A stretch of DNA of 64,000 bases from a virus, in IMG/VR virus record IMGVR_UViG_3300027741_000029, positions 1 to 64,000 of that record. One strand, given 5' to 3'. Positions 19,083-28,831 of the stretch are shown here, piece by piece (the first letter of the stretch is position 1; each line of letters begins with the position of its first letter). The notes beneath the pieces are model-generated. The model saw nothing but the letters and a program-made list of their open reading frames with translations. It searched no databases and was not told where the DNA came from. Both the position numbers and the translations under genes were made by a program.

Positions 19083-19468
19083 ATACAATTGGTCCACGCA
19101 GCAGTACGTTACATTATAATACAGACTATCGTAAGATTACACCAACTAAAAACAATGTTCTTGTCAAAGACATGGAATTTGGTGAGCGCATGACGCTTGG
19201 TGGTATTATCATTCTTGATGATGATAAAAAAGGACAAGGCATTCGTCCACGTTGGGCAGAAGTAGTAGCCGTTGGTCCAAAGCAAGAAGATGTTGTACCA
19301 GGTGAATATATCCTTGTTGCACATGGTCGTTGGACACGTGGTCTTGATATGACAGACGAAGACGGAACAACTACAACTGTTCGTCTTGTTGATCCAAAAG
19401 ATATTCTTATGAGCAGCGATGAGCCGCCAAAGGAAGATTTGACCTTTGGTATTAATCCAACTTACTAA
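19079..19468 (+). CDS. groES: GroES/gp31-like co-chaperonin
   Basis: ITPTKNNVLV...TLGGIII...AEVVAVGPK...VDPKDILM. Confidence 0.85.
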   Translation: MNTIGPRSSTLHYNTDYRKITPTKNNVLVKDMEFGERMTLGGIIILDDDKKGQGIRPRWAEVVAVGPKQEDVVPGEYILVAHGRWTRGLDMTDEDGTTTTVRLVDPKDILMSSDEPPKEDLTFGINPTY

Positions 19469-19473
19469 AACAA

Positions 19474-19502
19474 TTGACATTCCTCTAACACAGTGTTAAT
19501 AT
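19474..19502 (+). promoter_or_regulatory. sigma70-type promoter, predicted leaderless mRNA
   Basis: TTGACA-N17(TG)-TAATAT-N6-ATG. Confidence 0.65.
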
Positions 19503-19508
19503 AATCGT

Positions 19509-20444
19509 ATGACAAAAAATTATCTTTGGGTTGAGAAATACCGTCCCAATAGCGTGACGGATTATGTGTGGCGTGATGCCGCACAAGAAGCACAGGTTCG
19601 TCAGTGGATTACTGATGCAACTATACCACACTTGCTATTCAGTGGCGGACCAGGCACAGGTAAAACTACCTTAGCAAAGGTTCTTATCCATGACTTGGGC
19701 GTGGATGACTACGATGTTTTACAGATCAATGCGTCCCGTGATAATGGCGTAGACTTCATTCGTGATAAGATTGAAGGATTTGTTTCTACTATGCCATTTG
19801 GTGAGTTTAAGATTGTGCTGCTTGATGAGGCAGATTACCTTTCACCAAGTGCACAGGCAGTTCTGCGTGGTTTGATGGAAACTTATAGCAGCAGTGCTAG
19901 GTTTATCATGACCTGTAACTATCCTAATAAGATTATTCCAGCATTGCATAGCCGCTGTCAAGGATTTCATATTGAACGCCTTGATAAGACCGAGTTTACT
20001 GCTCGTGCTGCCACAATTCTTGTTGAAGAAGCTGTTGACTTTGATTTGGATACGTTGGATGTTTATGTAACTGCAGCCTATCCCGACTTACGTAAGTGCA
20101 TCAACAGTTTGCAAAGTGCAAGCAACGGCGGATCATTAAGTTCAGCAACTAACGATGCACAGAGTAGCACAGATTATCGCATTGCCGCAGTTGATTTATT
20201 CAAGAGTGGCAAGGTTCGTGAAGCACGTAAACTACTATGCAATCAAGTTCGTGCTGATGAGATTGAAGAAGTATTTCGTTGGATGTATGATAACCTTGAG
20301 TTGTTTTCTACAACGGACGAAGGACAAGATCGTGCTATCGTTATCATTCGTAATGGGTTAGTTAATCATTCTATGGTTGCTGATGCTGAAATTAACCTAA
20401 GTGCTACATTGTGTGAGTTAGCGGAAATTAATGGAAATTCTTAG
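19509..20444 (+). CDS. clamp loader AAA+ subunit (T4 gp44/RFC-like)
   Basis: WVEKYRP, GGPGTGKTT, LDEAD, SRC. Confidence 0.95.
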   Translation: MTKNYLWVEKYRPNSVTDYVWRDAAQEAQVRQWITDATIPHLLFSGGPGTGKTTLAKVLIHDLGVDDYDVLQINASRDNGVDFIRDKIEGFVSTMPFGEFKIVLLDEADYLSPSAQAVLRGLMETYSSSARFIMTCNYPNKIIPALHSRCQGFHIERLDKTEFTARAATILVEEAVDFDLDTLDVYVTAAYPDLRKCINSLQSASNGGSLSSATNDAQSSTDYRIAAVDLFKSGKVREARKLLCNQVRADEIEEVFRWMYDNLELFSTTDEGQDRAIVIIRNGLVNHSMVADAEINLSATLCELAEINGNS

Positions 20445-20763
20445 TCATATACATAACACCTATAAGAAAACACGTAAAAAGAAATTTACTGCGGAAGAAA
20501 AACGCATGTTGCGCCCCATTGCAGAAACAATTGCAATAATGGATGGCAATGCTTTCTTTGGTATACAAAAAGATGACAATGGGTGCGATACTTGGTATGA
20601 ACAATACCTAGTAGAAGCATGGATGATTGCTTCACATGAAAATAAAATCAACGGATGGGTTCGTGAAACCAGTTGGGTTAAAGATATGACTCACGAGAAC
20701 CCATCCGTTGAAGAAGCCTATAATAATTGGCAACTGTTAAAGATATTAAGCCGACCTAATTAA
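20431..20763 (+). CDS. hypothetical protein, convergent with phoH
   Basis: ORF; stop overlaps the phoH stop. Confidence 0.6.
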   Translation: MEILSHIHNTYKKTRKKKFTAEEKRMLRPIAETIAIMDGNAFFGIQKDDNGCDTWYEQYLVEAWMIASHENKINGWVRETSWVKDMTHENPSVEEAYNNWQLLKILSRPN

Positions 20764-21548
20764 ATATCTCCATAAATTCTGAGGATTTCTTCAACTGCAG
20801 GATGACGTTCAATGTCACCGCCGTTGAATTCAATGCAGCCAACATGCTCACTGTCACGAAAACGATCCATTAGACGATTGAAGTCTAACAATCCATTTTC
20901 GCCCTCTGTTCTATCAGTTTGACGAATATCGCCAGTAACTACAATTTTACTGCCTTCACCAATACGAGTCAACAACATCTTCATTTGATTAGGTGTTGCA
21001 TTTTGCATTTCATCAGCAATAATCATACTGCTCTTGAATGTTCGACCACGCATAAAAGCAAGTGGACAAATTTCAATTACTTGATTATCTACCATTTGCA
21101 TTGTTTCACGTATTGAATAATATTCATGCAATACATCAAATAGTGGCTTTGTCCAAGGTTCCATCTTTTGGTTTAGATCGCCTGGTAGAAAACCATGCTT
21201 CTCACCTTCTACTCCCACTGCTGGACGTGTGAGGATTATTTTTTCAATCTCACGCTCTTTAAGTGCTTTTATTGCAGCTTGCATTGCCAATAGTGTTTTA
21301 CCAGTACCTGCTGGACCGCTTGCGATTACGATAGAGACATCTGGATTTAGTAGTAGTTCAAGATAGCTTTCTTGATTTAAATTGCGAGGAATAATTTCAA
21401 CTCGTCGTTTCTTTTCTGGTAGAAACTGTTCTATTTGGGTTATATTATTGTAGTTTCTGCTGTAGGACTGATTGTTTGAGTTCATGTTTTGATTTTGCTT
21501 CTGTCTACGCTTATTCTGCATTTTATATCCTTGTGTTGGTTGTAACAC
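20760..21548 (-). CDS. phoH: PhoH-like ATPase (minus strand; ORF track strand label is wrong)
   Basis: reverse complement reads GTG TTA CAA...; GPAGTGKT, FMRGRTF, DEMQN, TGDIRQTD. Confidence 0.95.
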   Translation of the reverse strand: MLQPTQGYKMQNKRRQKQNQNMNSNNQSYSRNYNNITQIEQFLPEKKRRVEIIPRNLNQESYLELLLNPDVSIVIASGPAGTGKTLLAMQAAIKALKEREIEKIILTRPAVGVEGEKHGFLPGDLNQKMEPWTKPLFDVLHEYYSIRETMQMVDNQVIEICPLAFMRGRTFKSSMIIADEMQNATPNQMKMLLTRIGEGSKIVVTGDIRQTDRTEGENGLLDFNRLMDRFRDSEHVGCIEFNGGDIERHPAVEEILRIYGDI

Positions 21549-21632
21549 ATAATTATTTAAGATTGTATTTTAACAATTATGTTGTAATCTTTGAACACGG
21601 TCTACAATCATAAATATCTCAAAGGTGTTGCT

Positions 21633-22178
21633 ATGGATATAAAAGCAAATATTAAAGCAGTTAAAAACATTTACATGAGCGATGCTGCTGTATCTATGCT
21701 CTGCGATTTCGAACGTGTATTAGATAACATGGATTTTTATACGTTTCCAAATTGGCGTATTGGTGAACTTGTAGAAGGTCCAATTATCTCTCGTTATTGG
21801 GTAAAGTGCACATTTATGTGGCCTCTAGATCGTATGCCTGATCCTGCTGCCGCAAAGCGTCTTCTACCATATGGTGCAAAGATTAATTACAAAAAAGAAA
21901 AAGTTCAGATGCCTATTGCTATACGCAGTCCACAAGACATTCGTCCAGGCAGTCATAAAGGCAAACTTGTAGATTTTCCAATTTGGGTCGTTGAGATGAT
22001 GCTACCAAAGAAATTGATGAGTGATATTAAACAAGGTTATGTTGACATTGCTGGTGAAGAAGTTGATTTAGCTGATTTGCAAAACAGCATTGAAAAAGGT
22101 TTAACTGATCAAGGCACAACTAACAAAGAACAACAACAGCCACAACCACAAGCACAGGAGCCAGAACTCAATGTCTAA
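21633..22178 (+). CDS. conserved hypothetical phage protein (late)
   Basis: TAAATA at 21611, SD, ATG at 21633. Confidence 0.8.
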   Translation: MDIKANIKAVKNIYMSDAAVSMLCDFERVLDNMDFYTFPNWRIGELVEGPIISRYWVKCTFMWPLDRMPDPAAAKRLLPYGAKINYKKEKVQMPIAIRSPQDIRPGSHKGKLVDFPIWVVEMMLPKKLMSDIKQGYVDIAGEEVDLADLQNSIEKGLTDQGTTNKEQQQPQPQAQEPELNV

Positions 22179-22692
22179 TCGTATTGATGAAGGTTTGAGA
22201 ATGGGTGACCTTAACTATCTTGTCAGTGATACTATTCATATTGATGAGTATAATAGTAAAATGGGACAAGCAAGTGATGTTGTTACGCTAAGTTTTAAAA
22301 TTCGTGATATTATGCCAGCCAATGACCTTGTATCTTTCTTAGAAAATGGTTATGATTTTGTGTTGGACGCTGATGTAAGCACAGGTGAAGTTAGCGATAA
22401 TGATCGCCTTGTATTTGTTGAAATGCAACGTCGTCCAAATATTTTCAAATATATTAGTGAAATGTTATCAGACTTAGATCATCTTACTGGCATTGAACGT
22501 GATAAATGGAAATTCCGTTGGTATAAGAGCGGCGACTATATGCCAATGAATGAAGAAAATTTTGATAAAGTAGTTCCATTGACTGCTGACAAATATGATG
22601 AAAGCATCAAGAATTTTACCAAAATAAAAAAAGAATCGCAACAATTAAATAAAGACATAAGTGATATCAAGAGACTTAGTGGGATCGTCTAA
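22171..22692 (+). CDS. conserved hypothetical phage protein
   Basis: HIDEYNSKMG...; ends DIKRLSGIV. Confidence 0.8.
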   Translation: MSNRIDEGLRMGDLNYLVSDTIHIDEYNSKMGQASDVVTLSFKIRDIMPANDLVSFLENGYDFVLDADVSTGEVSDNDRLVFVEMQRRPNIFKYISEMLSDLDHLTGIERDKWKFRWYKSGDYMPMNEENFDKVVPLTADKYDESIKNFTKIKKESQQLNKDISDIKRLSGIV

Positions 22693-23093
22693 TGTTTGGT
22701 TTTTCAATCTATAAAATAATGGCAGTGGTTTTAATAATCGGTGCAGTAGTAGGTTACTTCAAGTATACACAGGATGAACTAGCAAGATTGAATCAGGAAG
22801 TAGCAAGCAAAGACTTTGCTCTTAAGACTACTACTGCAACATTAGAAAAAACACAAGCAGATTTAAAAGAACAGCAAGCGGTTTCACAAAAAACATTTGA
22901 TGATTATCAAGCTGCTCGCAATGAAGTGCAAGATATTCAAGATAAATTCACAAAGAATAATCGTGACCTTGGCGCATTTGCTGCTGCAAAACCAGCCGAA
23001 GTTAAGAAGCGTATGAATGATGCAACGGCCAAGTCATTCCGCTGTATTGAAGATACAATCAATAAAGGTATAACCAATGCTCAAGGTTGCTAA
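22692..23093 (+). CDS. inner-membrane spanin (Rz-like)
   Basis: single N-terminal TM helix followed by coiled coil; overlaps a lipoprotein gene. Confidence 0.75.
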   Translation: MFGFSIYKIMAVVLIIGAVVGYFKYTQDELARLNQEVASKDFALKTTTATLEKTQADLKEQQAVSQKTFDDYQAARNEVQDIQDKFTKNNRDLGAFAAAKPAEVKKRMNDATAKSFRCIEDTINKGITNAQGC

Positions 23094-23472
23094 ATTAATT
23101 CCCCTATGTCTATTACTCGCTGCTTGCCAAACTACTGGAACAACAGCAGTTGTTACTGTTGAACGCCCAACTCTTGTGCTGCCAAGCGTAGACCAAGTTA
23201 AGTTGAACGATGTTGAATGGCACGTGGTAAATAAAGCAGCAAAACCAGGAAGTGAAGATCACATTGACACGGCATTTGGAAAAGCACATAGCGAAAGCCT
23301 TTTCGCCATTAGTCCAAGAGATTACGAAGACATGGCAATTAACCAAGCCAACCTTGTTAAAGTCATTAGACAATATCAAGCACAAATTAACGCATACAAA
23401 CAGTACTACGATAGCCAAGCCTCTACTAGTGGCACAACTAAATCAGGAAGCACCAGTGGCAGCACCAAGTGA
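23077..23472 (+). CDS. outer-membrane spanin lipoprotein (Rz1-like)
   Basis: lipobox LLAAC; position after i-spanin. Confidence 0.75.
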   Translation: MLKVAKLIPLCLLLAACQTTGTTAVVTVERPTLVLPSVDQVKLNDVEWHVVNKAAKPGSEDHIDTAFGKAHSESLFAISPRDYEDMAINQANLVKVIRQYQAQINAYKQYYDSQASTSGTTKSGSTSGSTK

Positions 23473-24052
23473 TGATGATGAGCCAATTGGCCCTCGCCGC
23501 ATGGCAGATGATGAGCGTCCAGAAGATGCACAGTTAAAAACTGCTGCGCCAACAGTTGAAGTTGCTGCACCACAAGTTTCACAATCAAATGATATAGAAC
23601 TTCGCAAGTTAATGCTTGAAGAAATGAAGTTTCATCTTGAAGAACGCAAAGAAGTTCACAAGATGCTCATTGAAGACCGTCGTGAAGATCAAAAAGAAGA
23701 TGAGATTCGCTATGAGCGTGAACTTGTAGCCAAAGAAGAAACTAAGAAAAAAGATAAAGAAAGCGAACATTGGATGAAGTCATATTGGCGTCCTGCAATG
23801 GGATGGCTTTATATGATTATCTGCGCATTTGACTTTATTATTGCACCAATGTTAACAATGGCAATGCCACTATTCTTAAAGTATCTTGGTTCAACAACAG
23901 TTCAATATGCTCAGTGGCAAAGCCTTACGCTACAGAATGGTGGACTAATCCATCTTGCATTTGGTGCTATTCTTGGTATCACCGCTTATGGCAGAACACA
24001 AGAAAAAACAGCAGCAGCCAAAGCAGCACCTACGCCTACCAATGTTGGATAA
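23456..24052 (+). CDS. putative holin (3TM/GTA-holin-like) with acidic coiled-coil N-terminal extension
   Basis: SYWRPAMGWLY...FDFIIAP...GAILGITAYGRTQEK; GTG at 23456 with AGGA SD. Confidence 0.6.
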   Translation: MAAPSDDDEPIGPRRMADDERPEDAQLKTAAPTVEVAAPQVSQSNDIELRKLMLEEMKFHLEERKEVHKMLIEDRREDQKEDEIRYERELVAKEETKKKDKESEHWMKSYWRPAMGWLYMIICAFDFIIAPMLTMAMPLFLKYLGSTTVQYAQWQSLTLQNGGLIHLAFGAILGITAYGRTQEKTAAAKAAPTPTNVG

Positions 24053-24055
24053 TTC

Positions 24056-24084
24056 TTGACAGATAACCTCTATTATGGCATAAT
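24056..24084 (+). promoter_or_regulatory. sigma70-type promoter, predicted leaderless mRNA
   Basis: TTGACA-N17(TG)-CATAAT-N6-ATG. Confidence 0.7.
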
Positions 24085-24090
24085 TACCAT

Positions 24091-24957
24091 ATGAGTCATT
24101 ATCAAACACTTGGTGTAGCAGAAACGGCTAGCCCCGAAGAATTAAAAGCGGCATTTAGAAGCCTTGCTAAGCAACATCATCCTGATATGGGCGGTGATCA
24201 GGCAAAGTTTCAACAGATTAATGAAGCATATAGCACACTAAGTGATCCAAACTCTCGTGCACACTATGACCATACTTTAAGAAACCCACAACCACAATTT
24301 AATCACAATCCATATGCTCAAGCCCAACATCGTGAGTTTCACTTTAACTTTGGTGGCGGAGCGGACCCAATGTCTGCTTTCCATGAACAGTTCTTTAATC
24401 AATTTGGATTTAATGTTCGTCAACCTGCAAGAAATCGTAATATTCGTGTAAACATTGATTTAAATTTCTTAGAAACACTTAATCCACAAACAAAAGTTAT
24501 TGAATTTAGAACCGCAAATAGCATTGATACATTACAATTACAGATTCCTGCTGGTGTTGAAAATGGCAATGTATTCACGATTGCTGGTCGTGGTGATGAT
24601 TCAAATACTGCTATTCCCCGTGGTAACTTAGAAGTTCAAATTAATGTTCAGGGGCATAATCGTTTTTTCCGCAATGGAGAAAATATTATAGAAGATATTA
24701 CTATTGATTGTTTTCAGGCAATAATGGGATGCAATATACCTATCTCCTTACCAAGCGGCAAATCAATAGAACTTAACATTCCACGTGGAACACAGCATCA
24801 AAGTCAGTTCGGTATAACGGACGAAGGGTTTCCTAGACAGAACGGAACTCGTGGCAAGTATATTGCAAAGATTAGTGTTCTAATTCCATCTGCACTTACC
24901 GCACAACAACTTGATTTAATTACAGAAATACAAAAGATTAAACCAATAAACACTTGA
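24091..24957 (+). CDS. dnaJ: DnaJ/CbpA-type co-chaperone (no Zn finger)
   Basis: J domain with HPD; C-terminal IPAGVENG, GITDEGFP. Confidence 0.9.
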   Translation: MSHYQTLGVAETASPEELKAAFRSLAKQHHPDMGGDQAKFQQINEAYSTLSDPNSRAHYDHTLRNPQPQFNHNPYAQAQHREFHFNFGGGADPMSAFHEQFFNQFGFNVRQPARNRNIRVNIDLNFLETLNPQTKVIEFRTANSIDTLQLQIPAGVENGNVFTIAGRGDDSNTAIPRGNLEVQINVQGHNRFFRNGENIIEDITIDCFQAIMGCNIPISLPSGKSIELNIPRGTQHQSQFGITDEGFPRQNGTRGKYIAKISVLIPSALTAQQLDLITEIQKIKPINT

Positions 24958-24981
24958 CTTAAATAGAAAAGGTGCTATATT
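24954..24981 (+). promoter_or_regulatory. sigma70-type promoter, predicted leaderless mRNA
   Basis: TTGACT-N16(TG)-TATATT-N6-ATG. Confidence 0.7.
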
Positions 24982-24987
24982 AGTATT

Positions 24988-27222
24988 ATGACACAGTTTA
25001 ATAGCAATAACGACCTTGAAAAAATTGTTAAAGTAGCCAAGCAATTTGCTGCTGAAAACCAACATCAATACTTTACAGTAGAACATCTACTGTATTCTAT
25101 GCTGCATGAGAAAGGATTCATGCGTGTATTACAATCTACGGGCGTGGATGTAGAAAATCTTGTTAAAGAGTTAGAAGATTATATCTTTGACAATTATCCA
25201 CAAAGCAATTCAGACAGTGAACCAAAGAAAACCCAAAGTCTTGAGCGAGTCTTTAACCGTGCGTTTACGCAAGTAATTCTACTTGGTCGCCAAACTATTC
25301 ATATCAGTGATCTTTATCTTTCAATTACTAAAGAAGCACATAGTCACGCAGCATATTATCTTAAGAAATATGGAGTAGAACCTGAAAAGGTTATTACAGC
25401 ATATAATAAAGAAAAGGGTAAGAAATCAATTGGGCAAGCTGCCAATGCGCTTGAAGAACATTGCACTAACCTAAATGAAATGGTTCGCAATGGCAAAATT
25501 GAAGCAGTAATTGGTCGCACCACTGAACTTGCTGATATGACACAAATTCTTGCTCGTAAGAATAAGTGCAATGTGTTGCTTGTAGGTGATTCTGGCGTGG
25601 GTAAGACTGCTATTGCCGAAGGTCTTGCATATAACATTGTTAATGGTGATGTTCCAAAGTTCCTTAAAGACCATGAAGTCTATAGTCTAAACATTGGTTC
25701 ACTATTGGCTGGCACAAAGTATCGTGGTGACTTTGAAGAAAAGTTACAAGAGATTATTTCGGCAGCTACTGAACTTGGCAATATCATTTTGTTTATTGAC
25801 GAAGCACATCAGATGCGTGGTGCTGGCAGTGGCAGCAACAGTGCGGTAGATTTCTCTAATATGTTGAAGCCAGCACTTGCTCGTGGTGACTTTAAGGTTA
25901 TTGCATCCACTACTTGGGAAGAATATACTCAGCAGTTTGAAAAAGACCGTGCGCTTATGCGTCGTTTCAACCGTGTTGCTATTGATGAACCAAGCATTGC
26001 GGATTGTAAAACTATTCTTCTTGGCATTAAAGAAAGTTATGAAACCTTCCACAATGTTAAGATTACCGATGCTGCTATTAGTGAAGCAGTAGAATTGAGT
26101 GCTCGTTATCAGGCAGACAAGAAACTGCCAGATAAGGCTATTGACCTTATTGATAGTGCCGCAGCATTACGCCGCACCAAGGCACGTGGCTCACGCACTA
26201 TTGATGTTGCACAAATTCGTCGTGAACTTTCTCGTATCACTGGTATTCCAGAAGCACAGTTAGGTGCAGAGAACACACAAAAGATTATGCCTAATATTGG
26301 TGCCGAGATCAAGGCAGTTGTATATAACCAAGATACCGCAGTTGACAAGGTGTTAGACCGTGTATGGGTATCACAGGCTGGTCTAAAGGCTGATAATAAG
26401 CCTGTTGGTTCATTCCTGTTCCTTGGACCTACTGGCACAGGTAAAACAGAACTTGCAAAGCAATTAGCAGATCGTTTAAGCATGAAACTGCTGCGCTTTG
26501 ATATGAGTGAATATCAAGAGCGTCATTCTATCTCACGCCTTATCGGTGCGCCGCCTGGCTATGTTGGATATGAAGATGCTAACCTTGCTGGTGGCTTGCT
26601 CATCAGTGAGATCGCCAAGAACCCACACTGCATCATTCTCTTTGACGAGATTGAAAAGGCACATCCTGATGTTTCACAGGTGTTGCTGCAAGTAATGGAC
26701 GAAGGTTTCATCACTGGAACCAATGGCAAGCGAGCAGATTGTCGCCAAAGTATCCTTATTATGACCAGTAATTTGGGTGCTGCTGATAGCGAACGCAATG
26801 TTATTGGTTTTGGTGGCGGAACAAATGTAGACGCAGTTGATGCTGCTGTTAAAGAATACTTCCGTCCAGAGTTCCGCAATCGTGTTGATGCGATTGTTAC
26901 ATTCAACAAACTTGATACGGCTACTATTCGTAAGGTTGCAGAGAAGTTCATTCGTGAACTTAATGAACAACTTGCCCTAAAGAATACATCAGTATCACTT
27001 ACTGATTCTGCGTGGAATTGGTTATGCAAAACGGGTTATACTCCAAGTCTTGGTGCCAGACCAATGCATCGCACAATTCACGAACATATTAAAGTTCCGC
27101 TAGCAAAGAAAATACTGTTTGACAAGACAGAAAATCATGCTAGTATTAAGGTAGACCTAAATGTTGACAAGTTGGAATTGGTAGCGCAAGATGACCGAGA
27201 TAGCAGAACTAACGCTGATTGA
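24988..27222 (+). CDS. clpA: ClpA-type AAA+ unfoldase
   Basis: two Walker A motifs (GDSGVGKT, GPTGTGKT), IGAPPGYVG, IGF loop (VIGFG), no ClpB middle domain. Confidence 0.9.
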   Translation: MTQFNSNNDLEKIVKVAKQFAAENQHQYFTVEHLLYSMLHEKGFMRVLQSTGVDVENLVKELEDYIFDNYPQSNSDSEPKKTQSLERVFNRAFTQVILLGRQTIHISDLYLSITKEAHSHAAYYLKKYGVEPEKVITAYNKEKGKKSIGQAANALEEHCTNLNEMVRNGKIEAVIGRTTELADMTQILARKNKCNVLLVGDSGVGKTAIAEGLAYNIVNGDVPKFLKDHEVYSLNIGSLLAGTKYRGDFEEKLQEIISAATELGNIILFIDEAHQMRGAGSGSNSAVDFSNMLKPALARGDFKVIASTTWEEYTQQFEKDRALMRRFNRVAIDEPSIADCKTILLGIKESYETFHNVKITDAAISEAVELSARYQADKKLPDKAIDLIDSAAALRRTKARGSRTIDVAQIRRELSRITGIPEAQLGAENTQKIMPNIGAEIKAVVYNQDTAVDKVLDRVWVSQAGLKADNKPVGSFLFLGPTGTGKTELAKQLADRLSMKLLRFDMSEYQERHSISRLIGAPPGYVGYEDANLAGGLLISEIAKNPHCIILFDEIEKAHPDVSQVLLQVMDEGFITGTNGKRADCRQSILIMTSNLGAADSERNVIGFGGGTNVDAVDAAVKEYFRPEFRNRVDAIVTFNKLDTATIRKVAEKFIRELNEQLALKNTSVSLTDSAWNWLCKTGYTPSLGARPMHRTIHEHIKVPLAKKILFDKTENHASIKVDLNVDKLELVAQDDRDSRTNAD

Positions 27223-27895
27223 ATACCGTGATCGGTTTAGAGACCATTTGTTTAAGTGGCGTGTAAATACCGAAAACAAACTGTGGTATGGCAAGTATCA
27301 CTTTCGTGTAGAATTAGCAATTCCAAGAGATTGGGATATCCGTGAAAATATGCGAAAAGTTTTAAAAACCCTTGATCCAGACTGTCGGCTTCGTAAAGAA
27401 TCATACTTGCGTTTCTTTACCAATAGCACGACAGCACTTGATGCAATTCTTGATGATCCATCACTGCTTGCCGCAGTCAAAGGATTTACCACAAGCAATG
27501 ATCAGTATATTTCAGCGATAAAAAACCTTGACAATATTGCTGTCGATGTTAAACTGGTAAGTGAGATAAAGTATAATCCAGATATTCCTTATCAAGTTGA
27601 CTTTGAAACTTATTGGGGTTGGATAGGTGGTGGACAAGGTAGTAGCAAACAATCACAAAGACAAAACTTGCTTGAATTGTATGAGTTTGTTAAAAACAAC
27701 AAAGATGATTTGTCAATATCATTTGAATTAGACCGTTGGTGTTCTCGTGCTATGATAGGACTTGATAATCATTATTATTATGGTAGTGTTCGTGTATTCT
27801 GCAGAAGTGCAGACAATATTCCACTGTTGTATATGTTATTTCAAGATGGAATTAAAAAAGTCTATAAGTTAGTAAAGAAAGAGAGTAAAGCGTAA
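27191..27895 (+). CDS. hypothetical protein
   Basis: ORF overlapping the clpA end. Confidence 0.7.
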   Translation: MTEIAELTLIEYRDRFRDHLFKWRVNTENKLWYGKYHFRVELAIPRDWDIRENMRKVLKTLDPDCRLRKESYLRFFTNSTTALDAILDDPSLLAAVKGFTTSNDQYISAIKNLDNIAVDVKLVSEIKYNPDIPYQVDFETYWGWIGGGQGSSKQSQRQNLLELYEFVKNNKDDLSISFELDRWCSRAMIGLDNHYYYGSVRVFCRSADNIPLLYMLFQDGIKKVYKLVKKESKA

Positions 27896-28254
27896 TGAAT
27901 ATTGAATTAGCAACAGCCCTTATCAATCGTGGTGTCGTGAATAGCAAGACTCGTATTCTAGCACGTTGTCCTGTAGCAGCCTTTGGTGGTATGCCAACGG
28001 AAAAGCTGCTATTCCTTAATGTAGATAGAATTGTCAGCGATGAAGGCACAATGAAGTTTATTTCTTCACATCGCAGTGGTCGCAAGTTTAGTGTTCCTAT
28101 TGATAAGATTGATGAGATTGATGGTATGGAACCTACACGTCTTGGTCTTGCTTATGATATTAAAGCAAATGGTGCTAACCGTGGTGGTGGCAAAAAGCGT
28201 GGACGCAAACCTAGAATAAATACTTTGGAGAATATCAATGGCACATCTATTTGA
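27895..28254 (+). CDS. hypothetical protein with basic C-terminus
   Basis: TAATG coupling; KKRGRKPR. Confidence 0.7.
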   Translation: MNIELATALINRGVVNSKTRILARCPVAAFGGMPTEKLLFLNVDRIVSDEGTMKFISSHRSGRKFSVPIDKIDEIDGMEPTRLGLAYDIKANGANRGGGKKRGRKPRINTLENINGTSI

Positions 28255-28405
28255 AGAATCAATTACAATTAAAGTATCACAACTAGTTGCAGACAATAAA
28301 ACTGCTGACACAAAACTAGATCAGGATACAGTAGACCAGTTGGTTGCAGTTATTCAAGAACTCGCTGGCGACAAGTGTTTAGTAGAAGTGGAAAATAATG
28401 GCTAG
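28238..28405 (+). CDS. 55-aa hypothetical protein, not in ORF track
   Basis: TAAATA at 28217, GGAG SD, MAHLFEESITIKVSQLV...VEVENNG. Confidence 0.7.
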   Translation: MAHLFEESITIKVSQLVADNKTADTKLDQDTVDQLVAVIQELAGDKCLVEVENNG

Positions 28406-28769
28406 TATCCCAACCGTAGTATTAAGTGCAATTAGTTTTGGACAGGCTTACCCTCCTTATGATGGTACTAGTACCACTTGGAGCAGTAACAAGTTCAAGG
28501 GCAATGGATACTATGGTTATACGGATGGTCTACACACCGTAAGTTATAAACTTACCGCATTTGTTGGTGTGTTAAAATTTCAGGCTACACTTGCTACTGA
28601 TCCTGCAGAAGTAGATTGGTTTGACATAGATAGTACTAGCATTGGTAATGGCACAACTCCTGTCAGCGGAACTACATTTTATAACTTTACTGGCAATTTT
28701 GTATGGTGCCGTGCTCATATTACTAATTTTTCTGGCGGCAATATCAATCAAGTTCTTTACAATACATAA
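28398..28769 (+). CDS. hypothetical, probably structural beta-rich protein
   Basis: GYYGYTDGLHTV...FTGNFVWCRA. Confidence 0.7.
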   Translation: MASIPTVVLSAISFGQAYPPYDGTSTTWSSNKFKGNGYYGYTDGLHTVSYKLTAFVGVLKFQATLATDPAEVDWFDIDSTSIGNGTTPVSGTTFYNFTGNFVWCRAHITNFSGGNINQVLYNT

Positions 28770-28831
28770 AAATTCTGTTACACTCTTTACTGTAGATATA
28801 TAATAATATCTACACTTAACGGAAAGAGTCA

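Noticed and set aside
23252-23455. N-terminal extension of the holin ORF overlapping the o-spanin
   Set aside because: A GTG with SD at 23456 explains the gene; the extension looks like a chance open frame.
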